From a virus, in IMG/VR virus record IMGVR_UViG_3300020536_000010, positions 1 through 64,000 of that record: 64,000 nt of DNA; one strand, given 5' to 3'. A model generated the notes under the pieces. The model did no database searches. It was not told the origin of the DNA and worked only from the letters and a program-made list of their open reading frames with translations. Both the position numbers and the translations under genes were made by a program. How positions within the stretch are numbered: position 1 is the first letter of the stretch; every line of letters starts with the position of its first letter. Shown one piece after another: positions 17,559 to 27,017 of the stretch.

Positions 17559-19556
17559 ATGGCAACTAGAATGCAGCAACGCAGAGGAACTGCGGCACAA
17601 TGGACAGCAGCAGACCCAGTATTGGGTGCTGGTGAAATAGGTTTTGAAACTGACACTGGTAAATTTAAGATGGGTGATGGCACTAGCTCATGGACTGAGC
17701 TGTACTACTTCCTAGACTCAAATGACCTTGACCTAGGCGGAAGCCTTGATGATTATGTTCCTCTAACCCAGAAGGGTGCTAACAATGGTGTTGCCACACT
17801 TGACTCTGCTGGAAAAGTTCCTCTTACTCAGCTAGGAAATATCATTGACGGTGCTCCAGAGGCACTAAATACTCTTAATGAGCTTGCTGCAGCAATCTCA
17901 GACGATCCTGACTTCTATACTAATATTACTGACATAACCTCAGATATTGCTGATTTAAACACATCTTATGGAGACCTGTTTACTTCTGTAGGTATCGTAT
18001 CATCTGCTGTCAGTGATCTCACAACAGATTTGGGTACAGCAGAAACAAATATTACAACATTAACAAATGACCTAAATACTTTAGAAACTACTGTATCTGG
18101 GGTTCAAGGCTCTTTAGCAACAGCAGAAACAGATATTGATAATCTTCAATCAGAGGTTTCTGGTCTAGAGACAACCGTAGGCAATCTAGAAACAGAAAAG
18201 GCTCCAACGGCTAGTCCAACGTTTAGTGGAACGGTAGTTCTTCCATCAACAACATCTATTGGCGATGTTAGCAATACAGAGATTTCTTATCTTAACGGAG
18301 TTACCTCTGATATTCAGACACAGTTAGATGGAAAGCTTGCTTCTTCTACAGCCTCTTCAACCTATGCCCCACTTTCTGGGCCAACTTTTACTGGAACAGT
18401 AACCCTTCCATCTACAACAAGCATTGGCTCTGTATCTGACACAGAGCTTGGATACTTGAATGGCGTTACATCAGATATTCAGACACAGCTTAATGCTAAG
18501 GCACCAACGGCTGATCCAACCTTTACAGGAACTGTTTCTGGTGTTACAGCAACACATGTCGGACTTGGCAACGTAGACAATACGTCTGATGCCAACAAGC
18601 CAGTTTCTACAGCTACTCAGACTGCTTTAGATGCAAAGCTAAGCCTTTCTGGTGGCACAATGACTGGTGCACTGACTCTGTCTGGTGCACCTACAGAGGC
18701 TAATCACGCTGCAACTAAAGCTTATGCAGACTCTATCTCTGAAGGTCTTCACGTTCACCCATCTTGTGTTGCTGCAACTACAGCAAATGTTAACCTATCA
18801 AATGCTCTTGAAAACGGAGACGTTCTTGATGGAGTCACCCTTGTAACTGGCGATCGTGTTCTGGTTAAAAACCAAACAACAGCTAGCGAAAATGGTATTT
18901 ATATTGTTCAGGCTTCTGGAGCTGCCCTACGGGCCTCTGATTTCAATGAGCCACTAGAAGTTGATGGCGGAGACTTTGTTTTCGTAACAGGCGGTACTGT
19001 TAATGACAATACTGGATGGGTTCAGACAGCTACTAACGTAGTTACTATTGGCACTGACCCAATTACTTTTGTTCAGTTTGCTGGAGCTGGAACTATTACA
19101 GCTGGAACTAACGTAAGCGTAAATGGCTCAGAGATTTCTGTTGTAAACAACCCAACATTTTCTGGACTCGTTACAGCAGCAGCTGCTGGTGTTGCGTTCT
19201 CTGACGGAACTCAGACAAAAGAAGGTGTTCCATCACGTACAGCTATAACACAGGTTACTGCAGCATATAACTTGTCTACTGGTGGCCTTTCACTTAGAGA
19301 TGGACTTGTTGAAGTATCTCACACTGGTGGTTCTGCAGTTGCAGTTACAATTCCAGCAGATTCTACTACAAACTTCCCAATTGGTACATCAATAGATGTT
19401 CTAAGAACAAATACTGGTGGTGTATCGATTGCTGGTGCTGCTGGCGTAACAGTTAATGCAACACCAGGCCTAAACCTCCGTGCTCAGTGGTCTTCTGTAA
19501 CTCTCTTTAAGAGAGCTGCAAATACCTGGGTAGCATTCGGAGACCTTGCATCTTAA
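17559..19556 (+). CDS. fibre protein with Mtd-N-like start, coiled coil and FPIG...GDL C-terminal domain
   Basis: QQRRGTAAQW...GEIGFETDTGKFKMGDG; heptad region; RVLVKNQT module. Confidence 0.8.
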   Translation: MATRMQQRRGTAAQWTAADPVLGAGEIGFETDTGKFKMGDGTSSWTELYYFLDSNDLDLGGSLDDYVPLTQKGANNGVATLDSAGKVPLTQLGNIIDGAPEALNTLNELAAAISDDPDFYTNITDITSDIADLNTSYGDLFTSVGIVSSAVSDLTTDLGTAETNITTLTNDLNTLETTVSGVQGSLATAETDIDNLQSEVSGLETTVGNLETEKAPTASPTFSGTVVLPSTTSIGDVSNTEISYLNGVTSDIQTQLDGKLASSTASSTYAPLSGPTFTGTVTLPSTTSIGSVSDTELGYLNGVTSDIQTQLNAKAPTADPTFTGTVSGVTATHVGLGNVDNTSDANKPVSTATQTALDAKLSLSGGTMTGALTLSGAPTEANHAATKAYADSISEGLHVHPSCVAATTANVNLSNALENGDVLDGVTLVTGDRVLVKNQTTASENGIYIVQASGAALRASDFNEPLEVDGGDFVFVTGGTVNDNTGWVQTATNVVTIGTDPITFVQFAGAGTITAGTNVSVNGSEISVVNNPTFSGLVTAAAAGVAFSDGTQTKEGVPSRTAITQVTAAYNLSTGGLSLRDGLVEVSHTGGSAVAVTIPADSTTNFPIGTSIDVLRTNTGGVSIAGAAGVTVNATPGLNLRAQWSSVTLFKRAANTWVAFGDLAS

Positions 19557-19576
19557 TATTAAGGAGAAAATAGAAC

Positions 19577-20401
19577 ATGGCAGTAGGAAAAAGACCTGGT
19601 AGAAGGTCACAGGCATCAAACGACTTTCTAGAGCCAAAGGCACCAACAAGCGTATCTGCTACTAACGTTGGAACTGGGAGGGCATTTAATGATGGTGCTG
19701 CCACAGTTACTTTTTCTTTACCTGGTGATTCTCCAGCAGCTACTTCTTATACAGTAACAGCTACTGCTTCTGGTCAAACAACCAGGACTGCTAGCGGAGC
19801 TACATCACCATTAACAGTAACAGGTCTTGTTGGTGGAGTAACCTATACAGTTAGCGTTACTGCAACTAATAATGCTGGAACATCTGCCGCTTCTTCTTCA
19901 ACCACTGTTGCCATTACTACAGTACCAGGAGCACCAGCTGCCCCGTCAGTTGCTTCAACTGTTATAAATCAAGACTCTATTTCTTGGTCTGCACCAAACA
20001 CTGGTGGAAGTGCAATTACTGGATACCGTTGGGAAAGTAGCGACAATAAGTCAAACAACGTTGCTTCTAACGTTACATCCGCTACAGTAACACAAGAAGG
20101 TGGAACTTCTCAGACATATAAGGTTCGTGCAAGCAATGCTAATGGAGACGGTGCATTTTCTCCTAATTCATCTAGCGTTACTACGTTTAGTCCTTTCTTC
20201 CCGCCATTCTTCCCATTCTTCCCGCCATTCTTCCCGCCGTTTTTCCCATTCTTCCCATTCTTTCCACCATTCTTCCCATTCTTCCCATTCTTCCCATTCT
20301 TCCCACCATATTTCCCATCGTTTGGACCATTTTTCCCACCATTCTTCCCACCATTCTTCCCAAGCTTCCCAGGTGGAGCTGGAGGGTCTAAGTTCTTCTA
20401 A
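19577..20401 (+). CDS. two-FN3 protein with long C-terminal Pro-Phe repeat
   Basis: APTSVSA..YTVTAT..TVTGL..YTVSVTATN; SWSAP..GGSAITGY; about 60-aa PPFFP tail. Confidence 0.8.
   Translation: MAVGKRPGRRSQASNDFLEPKAPTSVSATNVGTGRAFNDGAATVTFSLPGDSPAATSYTVTATASGQTTRTASGATSPLTVTGLVGGVTYTVSVTATNNAGTSAASSSTTVAITTVPGAPAAPSVASTVINQDSISWSAPNTGGSAITGYRWESSDNKSNNVASNVTSATVTQEGGTSQTYKVRASNANGDGAFSPNSSSVTTFSPFFPPFFPFFPPFFPPFFPFFPFFPPFFPFFPFFPFFPPYFPSFGPFFPPFFPPFFPSFPGGAGGSKFF
20186..20373 (+). repeat. Pro-Phe coding repeat 3
   Basis: (CCA)1-2 TTC TTC units encoding PFFPPFFPFFPP... Confidence 0.9.
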
Positions 20402-20417
20402 GATAAGATAATAAAAC

Positions 20418-20446
20418 AAAGCCCAGAGATGTCGTCTCTGGGCTTT
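20418..20446 (+). terminator. intrinsic terminator
   Basis: AAAGCCCAGAGA-tgtcg-TCTCTGGGCTTT. Confidence 0.8.
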
Positions 20447-20462
20447 GTGCTATAATTTAGTT

Positions 20463-21200
20463 ATGACAAATAATTGGCTAACAAAAGATAGATCAGAAAC
20501 AGATTCAAATAGAATGCCAGAAAGATTTACACAGGCTGGAATTTTAGTTACTAATCCAGCATTGGGCATTAATATATACAACCAGGCAATCGATGAAAAA
20601 ACTTGTGACTATATTATTGAAACTTTAGAAAATAACCTTAATGGGCAAACAAAATATTCTTGGCAGGGTGCAAAAGTAACTGAGGCAGACACTGTTCTTG
20701 AAGAGGCTCGAAAGTGCTTAGATTTTAAAGTAAGTTCAAATAATCTTGGGCCAAGAGATAACCATAATTCAAGCCTATATGACATGCACGAAATTGCTTT
20801 TCGTTCAATAAAGCCAAACGTTGATGACTATGGAATGTATTGGGGTGTTGGGGTAAATTTTTTTGAAGCATTTAATTTTGTCAAATATGATGGACCAGGA
20901 ACACACTTCAAGATTCATGCTGATCATGGACCAGCATATGTTACAACCGTATCTGTAGTGGCATATGTTAATGATGACTATGAAGGCGGAGAGCTTTACT
21001 TTCCACGGTTTAATCTAAAGCTAAAGCCAAAAAGGGGAGATGTCATGGTTTTCCCATCAACATATATTTATGAGCATGCATCTAACGATATGATTAACGG
21101 AACAAAGTATTCTATCGTAATTATGACTGACTACAATAATCGTGGTGGATTAAGAAACTTTAACTACCGTCAAGAAGATATGAATAAAATATATTATTAG
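20463..21200 (+). CDS. 2OG-Fe(II) oxygenase (P4H-like) 1 of array
   Basis: HAD, YVNDDYEGGELYFP, H, KYS; leaderless TGCTATAAT. Confidence 0.9.
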   Translation: MTNNWLTKDRSETDSNRMPERFTQAGILVTNPALGINIYNQAIDEKTCDYIIETLENNLNGQTKYSWQGAKVTEADTVLEEARKCLDFKVSSNNLGPRDNHNSSLYDMHEIAFRSIKPNVDDYGMYWGVGVNFFEAFNFVKYDGPGTHFKIHADHGPAYVTTVSVVAYVNDDYEGGELYFPRFNLKLKPKRGDVMVFPSTYIYEHASNDMINGTKYSIVIMTDYNNRGGLRNFNYRQEDMNKIYY

Positions 21201-21207
21201 GAAAATT

Positions 21208-21912
21208 ATGAGTGCACAAGAAGATTTACAAAAAAGAATAGAAGATTTTTATAAAATTGATGAAATTACTTGGTCATCAATAGATGATCTAGGAAGCGGA
21301 ATTTTTTTATTTAGGAATGTCCTGCCAACCTCAATGAACATTATTGAAAGGCTAGAGTCAGTTTTGCAAGACCCCTCTAATCAATATAAATATGCAGAAG
21401 CAATGGTTGGCTATGGAATGAAAATCCCAGAATATAGAGATTGCTATGATTTTAAGTATAAAAAGACTGACATTCAACACGACAAAAGTGAAGCATCTAT
21501 AAAGCTTCAACAGCTATGGGATGAGGTTTATTTTAGGCAGTTGCAAGCAGTAAAATACTATTGCAAGGTTCACAATATTGGAGAGCTTAGATATTGGGAG
21601 GCAATGAATTATGTAAAGTATGGTCCAGGACAGCACTTTCAAGAGCATTCAGACAATGGGTTTTCTTATAACTGTGTAGTTTCTTTGGTAGCATATCCAA
21701 ATGATGATTATGAAGGCGGAGAGCTATTTTTTAGGCTCCAAAACTTAAATATTAAACCAAAGGCTGGAGACTTATTTGTATTTCCTTCAAACTTTATGTA
21801 TCCACATAGAGCTATGCCAGTTACTAGTGGGACAAAGTATTCTATAGTTACAATGCTAGATTATTCGGACAAATATCATAGACCAGATTTTTATCAGGAG
21901 ACTGGGAATTAA
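21208..21912 (+). CDS. 2OG-Fe(II) oxygenase 2 of array
   Basis: HSD, YPNDDYEGGE, HRA, KYS. Confidence 0.9.
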   Translation: MSAQEDLQKRIEDFYKIDEITWSSIDDLGSGIFLFRNVLPTSMNIIERLESVLQDPSNQYKYAEAMVGYGMKIPEYRDCYDFKYKKTDIQHDKSEASIKLQQLWDEVYFRQLQAVKYYCKVHNIGELRYWEAMNYVKYGPGQHFQEHSDNGFSYNCVVSLVAYPNDDYEGGELFFRLQNLNIKPKAGDLFVFPSNFMYPHRAMPVTSGTKYSIVTMLDYSDKYHRPDFYQETGN

Positions 21913-22631
21913 TGGCTAAAGTTTTTGTATATACCTCTGGTCAGATGGCAAAAATAGACCAATTGCCACTGCATCGTGATTGGATGGACACTACGTTTGA
22001 TAGACATGCCTATCACTGTTTTCCAGTATCATTATCTAATAGGCTAGGTTGGGGAATTTCATTTCCAGAAGATATAACTTTTATTTGGGATGGCATAAAT
22101 GATTCAACTGGAGATCATGTTAAAATATTATCTGGTTCTAAATACGCTCATCCAAATCGTGGCAATAGAACGATTAGCTTTTACACAGATATCACATTTT
22201 TTGAAGAAAATGGTAAAAATATAACTCTTTTGACAATGCCAGTGCCAAATCAATTTATCAGGGGTGCTCAATGTATGACAACCCTATTGAGCACATCTGT
22301 GCTTGCTAGTGATCTGCCAATTGCCTGGATGATAACAGAACCAAATATAGAAATAACAATTCCAGCTAATACTCCAGTAGCAGCAGTTTTGCCAGTATCA
22401 TTAGCAGATATTCAATCACATGAGATAGAAGTTCGTAATGGCAGGCCACCATATGAAGACAATGAGTGGAATAATAAAATGCGTGATCGTGGTATTGTAA
22501 GTCAAGAAAAAAATTCAAGAGGGGAGTGGACACATTTTTATAGGGATGCTATTGATCACAATGGAGATCCTATTGGACATCACGAAGCAAAAAAGATAGT
22601 TATGAAGGTTACAAATAATGCCAAAAATTAA
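21912..22631 (+). CDS. DUF6065-like (dUTPase-like fold) protein
   Basis: HAYHCFPVSLSNRLGW...IPANTPVAAVLPV. Confidence 0.55.
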   Translation: MAKVFVYTSGQMAKIDQLPLHRDWMDTTFDRHAYHCFPVSLSNRLGWGISFPEDITFIWDGINDSTGDHVKILSGSKYAHPNRGNRTISFYTDITFFEENGKNITLLTMPVPNQFIRGAQCMTTLLSTSVLASDLPIAWMITEPNIEITIPANTPVAAVLPVSLADIQSHEIEVRNGRPPYEDNEWNNKMRDRGIVSQEKNSRGEWTHFYRDAIDHNGDPIGHHEAKKIVMKVTNNAKN

Positions 22632-23343
22632 ATTTATAACAAATAGGCCATGGCTTTCTGAAAAAGACCCATCTGCCCCAGAACCAGTTTCTAAAAGTCT
22701 TCCAGATTGGTATAAAAATGCAGATAGATATGCAAAAATGTCTAATGGACAGCATTTGATTGGCCCAGATAAAGGAAAAATTCCAACATGGAAGGCATGT
22801 CCAGCCTTATACGATATATTTGTAACTGGGTATACTTATAAAACCCCATGCGATATTGAGTTTTATCTTAATGATAATGATGAAATTTCTGTAAGAGTTT
22901 CTAATCAAAAGTACCATGATTTTGTTCATTTAAGACCACCAATGCAGCAATTTGAGCATCCAAAAGGATATTATAAAAAGCATTTTGCCTGGTGGCCAGA
23001 CTGGGCGGTAGCAGTTCCAGATGGATATAGTGTATTATATTCTCAACCATTTGGAAGATATGATTTGCCATTTCTTACAACTAGCGGTATTGTAGATAAT
23101 GACAAGGTAAACTTGCCAGGAACTTTTCCATTTTTTATTCAAGAAGGATGGACTGGAGTCTTACCAGCAGGAACTGCATACGCACAAATGATTCCATTTA
23201 AAAGAGAAGACTGGGAATCAGAATATGAAATTAGTACATCTGAGACTATAATGAAAAAGAATTTTGAAAATGTCAAAAAATATAGGGTTCCAAATGGTGG
23301 AGTATACTTAAATGAGGTCTGGGAGAGAAGAAAATATGAATAG
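22618..23343 (+). CDS. DUF6065-related (dUTPase-like fold) protein
   Basis: LPDWYK..TWKACPA..GY..SGIVDND..PAGTAYAQMIPFKRE. Confidence 0.55.
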   Translation: MPKIKFITNRPWLSEKDPSAPEPVSKSLPDWYKNADRYAKMSNGQHLIGPDKGKIPTWKACPALYDIFVTGYTYKTPCDIEFYLNDNDEISVRVSNQKYHDFVHLRPPMQQFEHPKGYYKKHFAWWPDWAVAVPDGYSVLYSQPFGRYDLPFLTTSGIVDNDKVNLPGTFPFFIQEGWTGVLPAGTAYAQMIPFKREDWESEYEISTSETIMKKNFENVKKYRVPNGGVYLNEVWERRKYE

Positions 23344-23358
23344 AAATAGGAGTTGTTT

Positions 23359-24027
23359 ATGGAAAATTTAGCAAATAATAGTGTGGTTGACAGAGTCTCT
23401 ATAACTCCGTCTGGATTTTTTGGATCTTCCTCAGAAAATATTGTAACATTAGAAGATTTTATGACTGAATATGAAATAACTAGATTAAATGATTTCATAA
23501 GGTCTAATGAAAATTGGGATATAACTGAAACTCACTATAATGAAAATGGAACGGTTATTTATGATTCTGGATATTGGGCTAATCGTGTAGCGACTTATCC
23601 AACAATTCAAAAAACAAACCCAGAAATACCTGAAATTATAGAAGGCATGGTTGCAAGATTAAAGATTGAAGTAGACAAGTTTTTTGGTGTAGATGCTTTG
23701 CCAACTAGCCCAGCCATGGTTAGATGGCTTCCTGGCCAATTTCAAATGCCGCATGCAGATAAAGAATTGCACACTGGTCCAGACGCTGGAAAGCCCAATG
23801 ATTTTCCATACTATGACATTGCTGGACTTTTTTATGTTAATGATGACTATGAGGGGGGAGAGCTATACTTTCCAAACCAAGGAATTCAGTTTAAACCTAA
23901 AAGGGGAGCTGCCTACTTCTTCCCAGGAGATATGAACTATATACATGGTGTAACAGAGATAAAGTCTGGAATCAGGTATACAGTTCCATTCTTTTGGACG
24001 ATACTATCTCATAAGGGCAATTCTTAG
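23359..24027 (+). CDS. 2OG-Fe(II) oxygenase 3 of array
   Basis: HAD, YVNDDYEGGE, HGV, RYT. Confidence 0.9.
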   Translation: MENLANNSVVDRVSITPSGFFGSSSENIVTLEDFMTEYEITRLNDFIRSNENWDITETHYNENGTVIYDSGYWANRVATYPTIQKTNPEIPEIIEGMVARLKIEVDKFFGVDALPTSPAMVRWLPGQFQMPHADKELHTGPDAGKPNDFPYYDIAGLFYVNDDYEGGELYFPNQGIQFKPKRGAAYFFPGDMNYIHGVTEIKSGIRYTVPFFWTILSHKGNS

Positions 24028-24059
24028 GCTATGGTATAATCTTAATTGGAGAGTGGTTT

Positions 24060-24818
24060 ATGGCAAATTTAAACAATATGAATAGGTTAACTGACGACAT
24101 TGTTATCTATGAAAATTTTATATCATCAGAAGAGTGTTCTAAAATTATTAAGCTTTTAGATAAGGTGGCAGAAAAAGGCACTATGACTTGGATGCCAATA
24201 TCTTTTTATGAGTCGTATTCTTCAGTTTTGCCACAAGACGATGATCCAGAAATTGAAGAAGAGGGGTTGCCAGGCAATATATTTTCTAGCATTAAAGATG
24301 GGTTTATTCAGGCTGTGGCATCCGTACATAGCATAGATCCAAAAACTGTTGTGCAAATTGGGTATCACACTCAAAAGTGGGAGCCAGGGGCATATGCAAG
24401 AATACACTCAGACAATACAGATGAACATGGAAATACTGGCCCATTTGCAAGAAGTAGATATGCCGCATTTCTTTATTTAAACGATGATTTTTCTGGAGGA
24501 CTATTAAAATTTCCAAAGCAAAATATAGAGATTTCTCCAAAAGTGGGAATGTTGGCTGCTTTTGACGGGGGCTTTAACAATATGCACGAAGTTACACTAA
24601 TTGAGTCTGGAATCAGATATACAATAGGATCTTTTTGGGATGACCGTGAGGAAGATGCATATCCACAAGAAGTTAGAGATGCCTGGGCAGATGAAATGAA
24701 ACAGATTAGAGAAAAGCAAGAAATCGAAAGAAAAGAATGGCAAGATTTGCTTAAAGACGGGTATAAAATAGATATGGATGGCAATAAATATAAGGTGGGG
24801 CAAGACGACAATGATTAA
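24060..24818 (+). CDS. 2OG-Fe(II) oxygenase 4 of array
   Basis: HSD, YLNDDFSGG, HEV, RYT. Confidence 0.9.
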   Translation: MANLNNMNRLTDDIVIYENFISSEECSKIIKLLDKVAEKGTMTWMPISFYESYSSVLPQDDDPEIEEEGLPGNIFSSIKDGFIQAVASVHSIDPKTVVQIGYHTQKWEPGAYARIHSDNTDEHGNTGPFARSRYAAFLYLNDDFSGGLLKFPKQNIEISPKVGMLAAFDGGFNNMHEVTLIESGIRYTIGSFWDDREEDAYPQEVRDAWADEMKQIREKQEIERKEWQDLLKDGYKIDMDGNKYKVGQDDND

Positions 24819-25470
24819 TCAGCTAAAAGAAATTTTAAAGAAAAATAATATATCATTTGAAGAAATTACGGATGAGCTAGTATCTATTGAAAATTTTTTA
24901 ACAGATAATGACTTAGAGTTTCTTTTTAATCAAATAAATTCCGCTTCACAGGAAGATTGGGAAGTGGAATATTTAGCTAACCTAAAAAGCTTTTGTTTAG
25001 AAAAATTTGGTAGAGATGATGTAGAAAATCTTGTGGCTGAAGGAAAGTTTGAAATAACACAAAATTGGTCTGACAAAAATCTAAATGTAAGTGAACACCC
25101 AGAATATCGTATTTTTTATAAAAGGCTTGCCTCTCTTGTAACAGAAGCAGACGAAACACTGATGCTTAGTGGTCTTGCTACAATACAAAGAATGCAGCCA
25201 GGGGTAGAGCTAAAATCACATACAGATCAGCATACAGATCCATCAATACGTTATGCTGCAATTATTTATATTAATGATGATTATGAAAATGGTGAGCTGT
25301 TCTTTAGAAATCTTGGAATAAAGCTTAAGCCAAAACCAAAAACTCTTCTTATTTTTCCAGGAAATGAGCAATATGAGCACGGGGTTGACTTTGTTTCAGA
25401 AGGTCCAATAAGATATGTCTTAGTCGGATTTATTAAGGAAAAGGGTTTTTACGAAAGGAATAAATTCTAA
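24811..25470 (+). CDS. 2OG-Fe(II) oxygenase 5 of array
   Basis: HTD, YINDDYENGE, HGV, RYV. Confidence 0.9.
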   Translation: MINQLKEILKKNNISFEEITDELVSIENFLTDNDLEFLFNQINSASQEDWEVEYLANLKSFCLEKFGRDDVENLVAEGKFEITQNWSDKNLNVSEHPEYRIFYKRLASLVTEADETLMLSGLATIQRMQPGVELKSHTDQHTDPSIRYAAIIYINDDYENGELFFRNLGIKLKPKPKTLLIFPGNEQYEHGVDFVSEGPIRYVLVGFIKEKGFYERNKF

Positions 25471-25471
25471 A

Positions 25472-26176
25472 ATGAAAAAAAATATTTTAAATGATATGGT
25501 TTATTATTATGAGGATGCCGTTTTAAACTTTGACAAAGTTATGGAAACGATTAAAGAGCTAGACATAATTGGCCCATCCGATGCCGTTCCTTTATGGCAA
25601 GACTGGACTTCATCAAATGATAAAACATTTATATATGGACAAACCCAAACATTTGATATTAATCAAATTAATAAAATGGATGAGCCATATAAGAGTAAAT
25701 TAGCATTTATATATAACAACATCATGGAATCGTTCTACGAAGTCTCAAAAGATTATGCAAATTCTATAGGAGATTTAGATGAGCCAAGACTTTTCCCAGT
25801 ATTTAATATTAAAAAGTATAATACTGGTTCTGCAATGGGTGCACACTATGACCAATTAGATGGGGATAAAACATTGCGGTATTCTTTGGTGATGTATCTT
25901 AATGATGATTGTGATGGTGGAGAAATTTCATTTAAGCTATCTGAATATGAAGATCACAATAAAGTTGCAAGTCCAGACTTAGATTATGCTGTTGCTGTAG
26001 AAAAAAATCAAATAGATTTTGGGGTAAAGCCAAGTGCTGGAAGTATTATAATTTTCCCATCTTCTGCACCATATTATCATATTGCTCACACAGTAAAATC
26101 TGGTTTTAAATATATGGTTCCAAGTCACTGGATTCATAATGATATGAGTATGAGAGATGGCAGAAACAGCATATAA
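25472..26176 (+). CDS. 2OG-Fe(II) oxygenase 6 of array
   Basis: HYD, YLNDDCDGGE, HIA, KYM. Confidence 0.9.
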   Translation: MKKNILNDMVYYYEDAVLNFDKVMETIKELDIIGPSDAVPLWQDWTSSNDKTFIYGQTQTFDINQINKMDEPYKSKLAFIYNNIMESFYEVSKDYANSIGDLDEPRLFPVFNIKKYNTGSAMGAHYDQLDGDKTLRYSLVMYLNDDCDGGEISFKLSEYEDHNKVASPDLDYAVAVEKNQIDFGVKPSAGSIIIFPSSAPYYHIAHTVKSGFKYMVPSHWIHNDMSMRDGRNSI

Positions 26177-27017
26177 TTTTGATATTGAAAAAATACAAGA
26201 TACGGTATGGGTTTTTAAAAAAGCAATTAAAAATCCAGAATCTTTTATAAAATATTTTGAAGAAAATAAAAAATGGAAAGATTGGTATACTCTTGGTAGG
26301 TCAGCCAATGGCACTCTTTTTTCAACAAGTTTTGATACATTTCCAACAGAAGAAGAGTGGAAAAGGAAAAAGCATGAATCACCACATAATGACTTTAAAA
26401 GCCCAGGCTATTATGAAAATAAAATTAATGATTTATTTTATAATACCACAAGGCTATATGTTGAAGAAAACAATTTAGTATTTGATAACTGGATTTATAA
26501 TGGTTGGGGTATAGCAAAGTATATCCCAGATCCACAGGATAATACAGAATATGCTATGTTTCATCATACAGACTTTCAAAGAGAATTGGCCTATAATCCT
26601 GGATCTAAGTTTGCCATTACTGTTGTTTTTTATCTTAATGACAACTATGATGGCGGAGACGTAATGTTTAGGTTTTTAGATGATAATGATATGTCAATAA
26701 TTAAAGAAGACTATTCTTATAAGCCACAGGCTGGAGATATTGTTGTTTTTATGTCTGGCCATCCACATTATCATGGAGTAAAAAAAGTCAGCAATGGCGA
26801 AAAATATATTATAAGAGCATATTGGAAATATGACTATCTTGGACATCCACTTTGGTTAAAATTGCAAGAAAAATATGGAGAAGATGTTTGGAGACAATTA
26901 GAAAAAGAGCGATTAAGATTTAGTAGAAATACAGATAATATAAAAATGATTAATAATGTTCAGTTTTGGATAGAGTTCGAAGAATATTATAAAAAAGAAC
27001 TGGGATCTTTGGATTAA
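26157..27017 (+). CDS. 2OG-Fe(II) oxygenase 7 of array
   Basis: HTD, YLNDNYDGGD, HGV, KYI. Confidence 0.9.
   Translation: MAETAYNFDIEKIQDTVWVFKKAIKNPESFIKYFEENKKWKDWYTLGRSANGTLFSTSFDTFPTEEEWKRKKHESPHNDFKSPGYYENKINDLFYNTTRLYVEENNLVFDNWIYNGWGIAKYIPDPQDNTEYAMFHHTDFQRELAYNPGSKFAITVVFYLNDNYDGGDVMFRFLDDNDMSIIKEDYSYKPQAGDIVVFMSGHPHYHGVKKVSNGEKYIIRAYWKYDYLGHPLWLKLQEKYGEDVWRQLEKERLRFSRNTDNIKMINNVQFWIEFEEYYKKELGSLD

Noticed and set aside
17559-17700. Diversity-generating retroelement suggested by the Mtd-N-like domain
   Set aside because: No reverse transcriptase or adenine-variant template/variable repeat pair seen
20100-20411. His/Ser-rich ORF (also 10280-10489)
   Set aside because: Alternative-frame reading of the same CCA/TTC repeats
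20168-20419. Trp/Glu-rich antisense ORF (WEEWEE)
   Set aside because: It is the reverse-complement shadow of the Pro-Phe repeat; no independent initiation signals
20463-27017. 2OG array as TET/JBP or AlkB DNA-modifying enzymes
   Set aside because: Motifs are P4H-like and the genes sit among virion genes, not nucleotide-metabolism genes; disfavoured but not excluded
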